Assembly (NCBI GenBank): GCA_036785375.1
Contig: JAWMAR010000104.1
Coordinates: forward strand, 4,278,001 to 4,342,000
Length of the DNA: 64,000 nucleotides
Reading direction: 5' to 3'
Source: Leucoraja ocellata
Taxonomy: Eukaryota
The translations under genes were made by a program, and so were the position numbers. A model generated the notes under the pieces. The model was not told the DNA's origin, made no database searches, and saw only the letters and a program-made list of their open reading frames with translations. Positions 1 to 11,139 of the stretch are shown here, piece by piece. The stretch's first letter is position 1. Each line of letters starts with the position of its first letter.

Positions 1-589
1 TCCTACCCTCTACCACCCCTCCTCTCCCCCCCCCCCCCTCCCCCCCCCTCCAGTCGCCATGCCAGCAGCATCACAAGGTGCACAAGTAACCATGTCAGCA
101 GCGGCTTGAGAAGCAGCAGCACGTCGCCCCAAGGAGCCGCTCAAGCGGCGGATTGGTGAAGGCGGATTGCGGCGCTCGCACTCCGACCTCAGCTGCCGCT
201 TCTCCTGAGCCTACTCGGGATTGGAGTTTCTTCGAGTACTGCGAACTGGAGCTCTAGGTGATCGAGAACCTGGCCAGACTCGAACCTGGCCTTGTCCTCA
301 AGTTTCGCAGCGTGAGCTGGCCAGACGCGAACAGCAGCAGCGTTAGCGGCAACCAGCCGCTCCGGGGGTGGGGGGGGAGGAGAACAAGCACCCGCCCTGT
401 GCCAGGGTCATCCAGTGGCTGTACAACTGCAAGGGGGCCAAGGAACCCAAAGGCAATACTCCCTCTGTCCTGGTGTGGAATAAAAAAATATCGCGTCCCA
501 ATTTCTTTTTACTCTGCATCCATCGCCCCCCCCCCCCCCCGGACGGCCATGATCAGCGGTGGCAAACAAAGTTTAGTAGCAAGTAATTA

Positions 590-1210
590 GGATAGCTAAT
601 GGAATATTGATCGCCTTAATTACAAGTGGCGTAAAGTAAGGAAATATAATGCAATGGTCTAACACCGCGGTGACCAGCACCAGAGGATAGTACGCATCAC
701 GTGCCACATTTAAGGAAGGCTACGATTACATTTGCTGCAGCCCAGAGAGATTCAGAATGATGCAGAGAGAGAGGTTCCACGTTGATTCTTGGAATAAATG
801 CTTGACATACGAATAAAAGTCGAGCAAGATGGCTCTGTACTCTTTACCAGATGAAATAAATGAAAGATTATCTTACAGACAGGCAGATAAGACTGTGAAC
901 AGGATTCACAATTGGCTACTCAGAGGATGTTACTCGTATTTGTATTATCTAAAACACGCGGTTGGATATTGTTCCAGAGTAAATGGCCATCGATTTAAGA
1001 AAGCCACTGAAAGATGTTCTATCTGTTCTGTTGAATATTCTAGCAGAGAGCGCAGCAGGCGCAGTCACTGGTAATGTTCAAAACGACGAGTGACATACAT
1101 TTGAAAGGTAAGGTGGTCAAAGGTTTCAGGAGGAATGTGCTTTTGAGATCAAGATTGTATCACCATGAACTTATTGAGTCAAGTACTGGGCTCCAGGAGT
1201 GGAGAAGGTT
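590..1210 (+). mobile_element. Very decayed CR1/L2-type LINE 3' fragment
   Basis: Patchy by-eye similarity to the CR1 ORF2 C-terminus and 3' UTR seen elsewhere in the window; no clean ORF. Confidence 0.35.
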
Positions 1211-2924
1211 GGTATCATAATGAAATCAGTTTTGCTGCCTAATTTTCACCATTATGCTAAAGATTGTAAGCTAGCTTCATGAGTAATGATAGCCGTACAA
1301 TTCTACATTAAACTGAAAAATATGTTTTACTCATTATGGAGCCACTAATATAGGATTATCCTCTCACCAGCACAGCAATTTCACATCCTTCCTAGTTCTG
1401 CAGCAGTTATAGTAAAAGTACCACAGAACCTTGGTTCAAAGTAAATTTCAGTAATATCTCCCTTCAGTAATATCTCCCTCCACCTGTTGGACTACGACCT
1501 GTTGAGACCCGAGTGTCTGCGCATGTGCATACGAGCATTCCGTGTGATTTCCAACTTAATTAGTGCAATGTTTAATGATTTTCTATCATAACATTTGCCT
1601 TAAGTATGTTGAAAAGTTAATGATAAAAGTTTCAAGAAGTGTAATGTTCCATATTACTCCAAATACCATTTCACAATAACAATATACTGAAAATTCTATC
1701 AAGATCCCTAGTAATGTTTGAATTAAAAGCGACAGTTCTCCTTATCTCCACTCCTTCCCAATAACCGCTTTAGATCTCGTCCCGCTTTGGTCCGTCTGAT
1801 GGAGGATATAGACTTTTTTTTCATATCACTACGACCCTCATAATATTCATCACTCAATTCATCTTCGCTTCCGTTACAATGTAATCGTTTCCAGTTTCTC
1901 CAAATGTTCCAGTCCTAGAAAAGTCATTTGTTCTCTGCAATCTGCTAACGCTATGCACGAACTCTGACTTATCGGGTATTTGGCAAACTTTGATGTAACT
2001 CAGTTGCAATTCCATCCAAGCTCTACCAGCTCGATTACAACTCTGACACTTACACGACATTTCATAAAACGAGCATACTGAGATAGTTTTCCAAAATATC
2101 GTGAAAATGCATTGAAGGTAAGGAGAAATTACGATTTCCGTCCAAACGCTATAAGGGATCTGAAAATCTGCGTCTAAAAGAATGGACAAGGAAACTCTCA
2201 TCATCTTTAAAACCTAGTTGGACGTGTACTTGAGGCGCCGCTGCTCGCAAGGCTGCGGACCCCGTGCTGGAAGGAAGAATAGGCTGGGGTGTACTATTTT
2301 GTGAACACTGCCTCCTTCATGCAAATAGCTTCCATCGGTATCCTAAATATACTACCTTTCTCTGTTTGCTGGACCAGGCGAAATGCAACGCCTAAAGTCA
2401 CTTTCAATGCTTCAACAATAAAAGGGTTCATTTTCCTTGGCGCAATACAATACAATACAAGCAATAAGACAACCATTGCGGAAATACATTGTCCTATGGT
2501 TTAAAAATGTATAGGCAATTGGTGGACACATAATACGTTTTCCCATTATTTCTGATGCGAGGTATGACAAAATGTAAATGTTGTGGGCTTTCCTCAGTCT
2601 TATTATTCTCATCAATTATTGTATTATGCAGCAGCTACCGCTCCAGCATCAATTTTACAAATATTGGCTTATAACATATACATAAACAAGATGGAAACAA
2701 AAATCCGGTGGGATCATCTCCCAACGATTTATCTTATTCTGCTCATGAATGTCATGAAACTTTAATTTAAATTGTGGGTAATTTTAATCAAAAAATCCGA
2801 TTTAAATGGAAAATTATTAACACATGAAACAGATACACGAGGAATTGGACCTGCATGAAGCATCTAATTTCATGGAGCTCTTTATTATACCAGTGACAAG
2901 TTATATGTGCTCTACAACACTCAC

Positions 2925-5378
2925 CATGTTCGTCGAACTGCTCCTTGGCTTTGTACTGTCCGTTGGCGCATATTTAGCGTACTTTTCAATGGTCCCGTGC
3001 ATCTGTGGACTGAATGGGGTGAAATATATATCCCGTGGTTCGGGCGCCGATCGAATTTTATAACGGTATGTTTCTGAAAGGGATCCATTTCCATGAACCT
3101 CAAGTAGACTGGGAAGGAAGTGAGAATCCGGCACGATTTGCAAGTTCACATTCGAATGCCTATATTCCAACTCTCTTCTGCAGCAACTGTCTGCTAAAGT
3201 GCAGGCATGCCCAGATGTAGAATAGCTGCCCATTGGGCAAATGACTACAACAAGTGCAATTATAACCACCAAAAGAACAAACGAGGTTGCTCCTAGTGTA
3301 ATTATTATATATAATGATAAGTTCTGCGTGTCTTCTAGGTCGTCACGCGCTTCATTGAAGTCCAGCAAACCCTCCGTGTGTTCCTCAACTATTGTCAAAG
3401 TAAAGGTGGTGGTAGCAGAGAGAGCGGGGTAGCCGTTATCTTTCACCTGGATAATCAGCCTTTGTGTGGTGGCGTCGCTATCTTTAATGCGCCGAGCAGT
3501 TCTTACCTCTCCTGAGTTATATGAAACTATAAAGAGACCCGGGTCACTGGATTGCATCAGTTGATAAGACAGTTGTGCATTCTTACCGGAATCTGCGTCG
3601 GAGGCAAGGACCTTTGTTACCATATATCCCGGGTCTGCAGAACGAGGCACAGGCAGGCTGCTGTTGCTTTTTATTGCATTTGCTGTTATCATGGGTGGAT
3701 TATCGTTCTGATCCAAGACAATCACTTTCACAGCAACGTCACTGGAAAGTGATGTTAATCCGGCATCTTGAGCCCGAACACGAAACTGAAAACCTTTAAG
3801 TCGTTCATAATCGAAAGGAGTTTTCGAGTAGATGCTGCCATTATTTGAGTTGATAAAGAGGTAGAAAGAAACAGGCACTGACTGTATCTGGTTCTCCAAA
3901 ATAGAGTAAGAAAGCTGTGAATTTCGGTCAATATCAAGATCCAAAGCTGTTACTGATCCAATGTAGCTGCCTGGCTCATTATTTTCCGCCACATAGGCCG
4001 TGTACGAAGGCTGCGTAAAGCGCGGCGCGTTATCATTAATATCTGAGATATTTACTACAATCGTCCGGGTGGTAGATAAAGGTGGGATACCACGGTCTTT
4101 GCAAGTTAATGTAATCTTATGATGAGGGGCGCTTTCTCGATCGAGTGCTGCATTTGTAACTAGTCTGTAGGAATTTGTGAAGGAAGATTTAAGATTAAAG
4201 AGTATATTGGGTGAGATAGAACAGTCGATGAGTCCATTTTGATTGGAATCCCTGTCTGTCACACTGATCAATGCGATTAACGTTCCACTTGGAACATTTT
4301 CACTGACTGTACCGGAAACAGAATTCAGAGTTATATCAGGAGCGTTGTCATTCACATCTGTGATATCCACCCGCACATTGCAGAGTGTGGATAACGATTG
4401 CACACTTTTGTCCTTAGCTTGTACATAAATCTGATAAATATTGGTTTCTTCAAAATCCAAAATTCCTTTGGTGCGTATCTCCCCGGATTTGTGGTTAATC
4501 GTAAACATTTCAGTTATCCTTTGTTCATTGTAACTGCTGAAAGAATAAACGATTTCGCCATTTGTGCCCTCGTCCAGGTCAGTCGCGTTAAGTTTAATCA
4601 CCAAGGAATTTCGTGATACGTTCTCCTTTAGGCTAACAGTATACGCCGATTGCTCGAAAACCGGTGTATTATCATTAATGTCCAAAACAACAATAGTTAC
4701 ATGAGCCGTACCTGACCTCCCTGGAGTACCGCCATCAAGAGCGGTCAGTAATAAACTGTACACTGGTTGTTTTTCTCGGTCGAGAATATTCTGCAGCACC
4801 AGTTCTGGTAACTTCAATTTTCCAAAATTCTGCACGTCCAACGTAAAATGATCATTAACAGCAAGCTGGTAGTTACGAACAGAATTATTTCTCCCGTCCA
4901 GATCGTGAGCGCCTTCTAACAGAAAACGCGCTCCTGGCATCGCGGTTTCTAAAATTTCCAAACGGATTTCATTTTTCGGAAAATTCGGAGAATTATCGTT
5001 TGTATCCAATATCTCAACTTCCACACGGTACTGCTCCACAGGGTTTTCAACCACCGCTTCCACGAGCAATACACAGTTATCACTCTGACCACACAGCTGT
5101 TCCCTGTCGATTCTTGCACTTACAAATAAAATTCCATTCATATTATTTACATCCAAATATTGTTTTGATGCAGCTGATATAATTCTGAATTGACGGCTTG
5201 ATAGCTCCTCTATGCTCAAACCCAAATCTTTGACGACTGCTCCGACGAAGGCACCTTGTTCCAGTTCTTCTGGAATGGAGTAGCGAATCTGCCCGGAAAC
5301 CAGATTCCACACACAAAGCAGAAAGATGGATGATATCACCGACTTTCCATGCACGCGGAAAATGTTCATTTGTGCCAT
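2925..5378 (-). CDS. Clustered protocadherin variable exon, subtype A copy 1 (818 codons; expected to splice to constant exons outside the window)
   Basis: ORF 2901..5576. Likely ATG at 5378 (MAQMNIF; in-frame ATGs also at 5432 and 5444). Signal peptide, then QIRYSIPEE, Cys-X5-Cys (CGQSDNC), six EC repeats with DRE/DxNDNxP/AxDxG motifs, TM (YIIITLG...VVIC) and short tail. Donor ATG|GTGAGT at 2925/2924; read-through stop at 2901. Confidence 0.95.
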
Positions 5379-5522
5379 TACTTCTGTGGGGTAGATCACA
5401 AATACCTTAACAATGTTTCTTCTTGAAAGCATCGCGGACCACATCCGAACCAATTCCTTCAATGTGTTGAATAAGTTGAAGTGTGATCGGATGAAGAGAT
5501 GGTCCGCTGCGCTCGTACACAC

Positions 5523-5646
5523 GCCGCCATTATTCAGCTTCCCTTTTCGTATATTGGGGGATGGGCGGTGGATCACTAGGTGGTTTTCACCTCCTTATTG
5601 GTAGACAGCGACACAAAGAGTCTCAGCCTATAATTGCACTGAGAAT
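5523..5646 (-). promoter_or_regulatory. Variable-exon promoter A1 with CSE (CTCF-type CGCT box), two CCAAT boxes, GC box and YY1-like site
   Basis: Minus strand TGCAATTAT-AGGCT-GAGACTCTTTGTGTCGCTG-TCTA-CCAAT (5638-5597), about 230 bp upstream of the ATG; GC box at 5563-5568; CCAAT at 5557-5553; AATGGCGGC at 5531-5523. Conserved before all six complete exons. Confidence 0.85.
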
Positions 5647-7101
5647 GTGGATAAGCTAAATTCCAGTTAAAATGTTAAAATAACAACATTTTTTTTTTGC
5701 GAGATCAGCCAAATAGTTTGAAAGGCAATTAACCGGAAGAATTGAAATACTGGTATTCGAATGACACCAGCATTTATCTAAGGGAGAAGTAAAAAAACAA
5801 ACGAATTCTGCCGTATAGTTATGTGTGGGTATATGATTAAAGTTAATTGTTCAATGGAACGTAGAAGTTAAACCTCAATTCGATTTTTACAAGAAACATG
5901 TTGAAAATGTCGTGAAACCAAGAAAATGTTTCCATATAATTATTGGGAAATATATAGCATTTATTAAACAATGATCACAATCGCCCATATTCATATCAAC
6001 GTTGTTCTTCACATTTGATGAGGCTGAACTTATATTTTCTTTACCTTGGAGAACTATTAAATTTTACTGATTTTTTCGACGCTTTGTTTCTTATTGGGTT
6101 TGTCGAAACATGTTCATGCAGCTGGCAGTCAATGTGTAAGCAAACGTTTTTGAGGTGTGGAACGCACAAGATAAATAAAGGGTCATGGGTAGGTTCGTAT
6201 TTATGAATATGCTCTCCATTCTGAAAGAGATCTTTTTTGTAAAGATGTTATATATTTTTAATCTGTTGCCATTGGTAATGCAGGAGGAATTCGATAATCC
6301 AGAATCTCGCTCACTTCTAGATTTTTCAACATGCCATATAATTGGGTATTTAACTGAATATAGTAAAACTAAAAGTTTAACTAAAATACGAGCAAATTGT
6401 ACAACTTTGAAGTAGGTTGCATTATTGTACATGCTGCAACTGTCCTTCAAGTAAATGTTTAATGTAATCCCACATTTTGAGTCGAAAACCAGGACGAATC
6501 AAACAGTTGTGTATTGCAATTTAACGAATTGAGAATAGTAATAGAATAATACATTAGATTGGACAGAAATCACCAAGGCACAGTGGTGATTTCTGGAAAT
6601 CTCAAATAACACGTGGAAGTATTTGACGTTTTATTTTCCGAGAAAGAGATATGACATTTCAATACAACTTGAGCTCTAATTAGACATGGATGGGGTACTT
6701 CGCAATTATTCAGACGGCTAATTAGAAAATGGCAGCAATCAACAAATTGATTAAATGCCCAAGTCGTAAGATGATGGCGAGGGTAGTGTCGGGTTTAGAT
6801 TAAGGATACAGGCAAGCAGAGGCACTTGAATGGGTATAGCAGAACCACGACCAAGAGCCATTGGCAGAAAATAATGGCACAAGACGAAGTGCTGGTGATA
6901 GAGCAAATCTGTAATCAATATGAAAAGAATGGAAATCATTGTAAAAATCATCAGGTCATTCATTCTTTTTGAGCATTAAAACTCTCATATTTCCAGATCG
7001 ATTATTTTTTCAGCGCTGAGATTTTACATCGATTTTTTATGTGAAGTTACTCAGCTCTGAATTAAAATTGGCTGCAAAGATTTGAATCCGGAAACAGTGA
7101 A

Positions 7102-7200
7102 TCAGTCTGAAGAAGGGTCTCGACCCGAAACGTCACCCATTCCTTCTCTCCAGATATACTGCCTGGCCTGCTAAATTACTCCAACACTCGGTGTCTATCT
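7102..7200 (+). mobile_element. Short Penelope-type repeat arm with minimal hammerhead motif (paralogues ~16425-16523, ~25826-25924, ~51879-51977)
   Basis: CTGAAGA-A-GGGTC-TC-GACCC-GAAAC-GTC at 7107-7134, followed by the family's conserved arm. Confidence 0.75.
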
Positions 7201-8155
7201 GTAGCTAAAACAATAGTGCACGAATGATGGTTATGGACATCGGCCTTTCAATAATGTGAGAGATCTGCATTCGTGTCGAAGCACAGACTAATGCTTTTGC
7301 CGCCCATTCAGTCTACTTGATTGTTTCATCATGTGGATATCCACGTGGATGACTGAAAGCATCCTCCGTGGTCGCAGTAATTTGTTGAATTGGCTGAAAG
7401 GAAGAAACATTGCTGCCTCCAAAATATTCCAGGTATAACGCTGAATGTCTGTGCTTTTGAACAAGTCACACCTCCAGTTTAACATTTGTTGCTTCACACT
7501 CGAGCAAGCAGTATAATATTCGACGAGCATCTCCAACTTTCGAGGGCATTTTACCCTTTTCATTTCTATCTTAAGAGGAATTTACACTCTGTGATATCAA
7601 CGTGCCATTGTATGCAATTGATGAAGAAAAAACATATTGACAGTCAATTTTCTGAGTACAGGGCTGAAGGATCGTGTTGCAGAACTAAATCTATTGAATC
7701 TAGTCGAACATGACCAGAAAATCGTATTAATTGAGAACTGAAATATTGTCGAGGTGCGTTGTATTTTAAACAATGGCGTGCTGAAATATTTTGCTCAATG
7801 CCACTCCAGCGGTTAGTGTTCAATCATGGTTAACAGCTGAATTCAGCACTAACTTCATAATAAATTTCAGGCCGATTCTGACTTTACATTAAGTTAACGT
7901 CACTCAATTTTAGACTGAGTTACTACAATGGTCCAAAAGTTGTTGCGAGGTTTATAGTTTCAGAATTGTCCTTGACTCCGTGATTGAATTTGGTCAAGAA
8001 TGACTGAAAGACATATCAGCAAAATGCATGGTCGAATAGAACCAGAGCGAAGCTTTCCATTGACATTAAGTATGGAGTGTTGGTCCTGCTCGACCACATT
8101 CGCTTTATTCCAGGTATTTGTTGCTCGACATTCCCAGTTAATGCCCTATGTAGTT

Positions 8156-8383
8156 AAACATAAAATGCTGGAGTAACTCTGCGGGACAGGCAGCATTTCT
8201 GAACAGAAGCAATGGGTGATGTTTAAGGTCGAGACGCTTCTTCAGACTTCTGTCCAGCCCAAACTTCAGTCTCGACCAGAAAAGGCACCCATTCCTTCTC
8301 TCCAGATATGCTGCTTGGCCCGTTGCGTTACTGCAGCATTTTGCGTCTATATTCAGTTTAAGCACGTATCTGCAGTTCCTTCA
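8156..8383. mobile_element. Inverted-repeat Penelope-type short element (paralogues ~26820-27045 and ~52920-53147; right arm only at ~17135-17233)
   Basis: Arms AAAATGCTGGAGTAACTC...GTTACTGCAGCATTTT are reverse complements around a degenerate hammerhead-like centre. Confidence 0.75.
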
Positions 8384-9031
8384 TCCACAATGCCATATGC
8401 AGTTAAGTTTAACTCTCTCCCCGTTACGCTTTCCTTCAGATTTGACGCTATTGGCTTACACTTGCGCACTGCACGACCCCATTCACTACACAATAGAATA
8501 TCTAACTTGATTAAGATTGGTCACACTCAGCGGCAATAGACTTTTTTTACACACTGAATTAACAGTGACACTGCCTAATAGGCGGCTAATAAATATTTCA
8601 GACTGCATACGTCTAACCATCGGCCACTGAGCACATATTTAATATTATTGTCATGGTCGTTGACTATTCTCAATTAGAATACTGATGCACCTGCCACATA
8701 CATTGTCGACCACATTGTTGACCCCACCTACAATATATAAATTCTAATCCTTCAGCACGATAGCCGCTACTGCCATCAATGACGACTTTTTCAATTAATA
8801 CAATTTAAAGATTATCACAAAATTATAAGATACGATTTTCCTTTACCTAAGCTAACAGAAAGAAAATAATTTGTGAAAAACACATATAATTAATCATAAA
8901 GAACATAAACTGCCCTCGCATCACAGGTCAGCAACAACATCCAACAACATTTAAATAGACAATGCAAAACAGAGTAGGTGAATGTAAAGTTCATTTGCGC
9001 ACCAGAGTTCAAAGATTGTGCTTGCTCAGTG

Positions 9032-9200
9032 NNNNNNNNNNNNNNNNNNNNNNNNNNNNNNNNNNNNNNNNNNNNNNNNNNNNNNNNNNNNNNNNNNNNN
9101 NNNNNNNNNNNNNNNNNNNNNNNNNNNNNNNNNNNNNNNNNNNNNNNNNNNNNNNNNNNNNNNNNNNNNNNNNNNNNNNNNNNNNNNNNNNNNNNNNNNN
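9032..9200. other. Assembly gap (others at 17864-18064, 27695-27823, 46730-46929, 53798-53954)
   Basis: Runs of N. Confidence 0.99.
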
Positions 9201-9216
9201 CTTAATTAATATTTAA

Positions 9217-9452
9217 CATAGAAACATAGAACATAGAAACATAGAAATTAGGTGCAGGAGTAGGCCATTCGGCCCTTCGAGCCTGCACCGCCATTCAATG
9301 TGATCATGGCTGATCATCCAACTCAGTATCCCGTACCTGCCTTCTCTCCATACCCCCTGATCCCCTTAGCCACAAGGGCCACATCTAACTCCCTCTTAAA
9401 TATAGCCAATGAACTGGCCTCATCTACCCTCTGTGGCAGAGATTCACCACTC
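9217..9452 (-). mobile_element. 5'-truncated CR1-type retroposon 3' end, specific to unit 1
   Basis: (AACATAGA)n tail; TATTTAA target duplication at 9210-9216 and 9453-9459; paralogous sites at ~18690, ~27830 and ~53960 are empty. Confidence 0.85.
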
Positions 9453-9459
9453 TATTTAA

Positions 9460-10600
9460 TATTGATGATGTTGAAGATCTTTCATCAGAATAGTTCAGGT
9501 TTGATAGGAACGTCAGTGAATGGTTATATGCACTTGTGTAACGCACTGTTCAATCTTGCGAATCATAAAATGCCTAGTGAAAAGATGATAAAGTATTCTT
9601 CAAATTACGTTAGATTTTATTTTCCAGGGTGTAAGGGACCAACGAAAGAGTGGTCAGAATGTGGCTGACATTAAAATTAAAGTGGCAAGCAAATGGCAGC
9701 ATAGCAGAATAATCTACAATATCTACAAAGCCGATTCTCAATTTAATGTGTTTCTCCATTGTGGAATGGATCCTATTGCGCACGCAGCATGAAGATTGCT
9801 ATATTGGAAGGAGTGAGTGTAAGTTGCCCTATTAGCTGAAATGACCATTTGTACCTGTTGATATTGGCATGTGTAGAATTCATGCGGTCATAGGTGATAG
9901 GAGCATAATTAGGCCATTCGGTCCATCAATTATACTCCGCCATTCAATCATGGCTGATCTATCTCTCCTCCTTAACCCCATTCTCTTGCCTTCTCCCCAT
10001 AACCCCATGACACCCGTACTAATAAATAGTTAGACTGGAAGACGTTACATCTCCAACGATTGCAAATGAATGTGCCATTCAAAGAGGGATGCGTGCTAAG
10101 GGAGATGTATTGTGACGTAAGCAATTACCGACTGAGTAATTTCTTGGTGAGCCTGTGTAGACGTGTCTGGTTGTAACGTCATGCGCAATGAGACAGAGGC
10201 AATGGAGAATAATCCATTGACTGTAGAGGATGTTGCGACAAACAGGAGACAATGGCAAAATTATTATCAGAGCAGATAAGATGGAGTAAGAGATACTTGG
10301 AAAACGGAATGGTGTTCTTGTCGGAAGAAATATGGGAGGAGATGTGGACAAGATCGTGTGAGCATGCATAGGACAGCAACGGACATTATGGTTGTCCACT
10401 GGAATCATTGCTGAGACCATCAGCCGGAATCAAGGTAGATTGTGTCAGAACATGGTAGCCAGCTCAACGCCCCATTTGCTATTCATGTCAATTCTCGCGG
10501 GAACAGCTGAAGAGATGCAAGTACGTTTTGGGTAATTATGGTGATAAGGACAAATCAACGTCGATGGTGAATAACGCTTCTGATTTATAGTCCTTCGAAT
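9460..10600 (-). mobile_element. Fossil Penelope-like retroelement (RT and GIY-YIG remnants); paralogues ~18697-19870, ~27835-28990, ~53965-55130
   Basis: ORF 10179..10379 (SHDLVHISSHISSDKNTIPFSKYLLLHLICS) resembles the PLE RT C-terminal motif YLxYxSSHPxxxKxxIPxSQFLRxRRICS; LFTIDV-like RT motif near 10555-10575; PxAxHFN-like segment near 9672-9696; decayed CTGATGA motif at ~9482-9488. Interrupted by a CR1 3' end at ~9885-10023. Confidence 0.6.
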
Positions 10601-10786
10601 CAATCATGCCAGATCAACAATGGAATAACTCCACATGTGTGTGTTAATGCAATCCCACCATTATTTCAAAAGCATGATAATATGAAGGAAACCGAATTTA
10701 ATTAACATCTAACATATTAACTTAAATTACCACTTTCTTTACGAAGAAGAAATGTGCAGAGAATTGTGTTGTGTTCCATGTTGGGA

Positions 10787-11139
10787 ACATAGGCAGGACC
10801 TACACGGTGAATGGTAGGGCTCTGGGTAGTGTTGCAGAGCAGAGGGATCTAGGAATGCAGATGCATGATTCCTTGAAGGTGAAGTCGCAAGTAGATCGCG
10901 TCGTCAAAACGGGTTTTCGCAGATCGGCCTTCATCAGCCAGAGTATTGAGTATAGAAGTTGGGAGGTAATTTTGCAATTGTATACGACGTTGGCGAGGCC
11001 GCATTCAGAGTATTATCGTCAGTTCTGGACACCGTGTTATGAGAAAGATGTTGTCAAGCTGGAAAGGGTGCAGAAAAGATTTACGAGGATGTTCCCAGGA
11101 ATAGAGGGTCTGAGCTATAGGCAGAGGTTGAGTAGGCTG
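10787..11139 (+). mobile_element. CR1 ORF2 fragment cut by the duplication junction (paralogue ~20065-20425)
   Basis: ORF 10771..11175, LQLYTTLARPHSEY...LERVQKRFTRM. Confidence 0.9.

Noticed and set aside
258-590. 110-aa and 72-aa ORFs in the GC-rich segment
   Set aside because: Low complexity and stop-poor composition; no domain recognised.
5379-5576. 66-codon N-terminal extension of subtype A ORFs (and 12 codons in subtype B)
   Set aside because: The ORF track starts at non-ATG codons, inside the promoter block in subtype A. The signal peptide follows the ATG that aligns between A and B. Use of the in-frame ATGs at 5444/5432 is not excluded.
2824-5604. Recurring short plus-strand ORFs overlapping the exons
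   Set aside because: Antisense shadows of cadherin codons, repeated only because the exons are duplicated.
6740-7900. Possible ancient LINE remnant in the A-unit spacer
   Set aside because: Only a vague impression; no motif I could pin down.
8962-9216. ORFs running through N gaps
   Set aside because: Artefacts of undefined bases.
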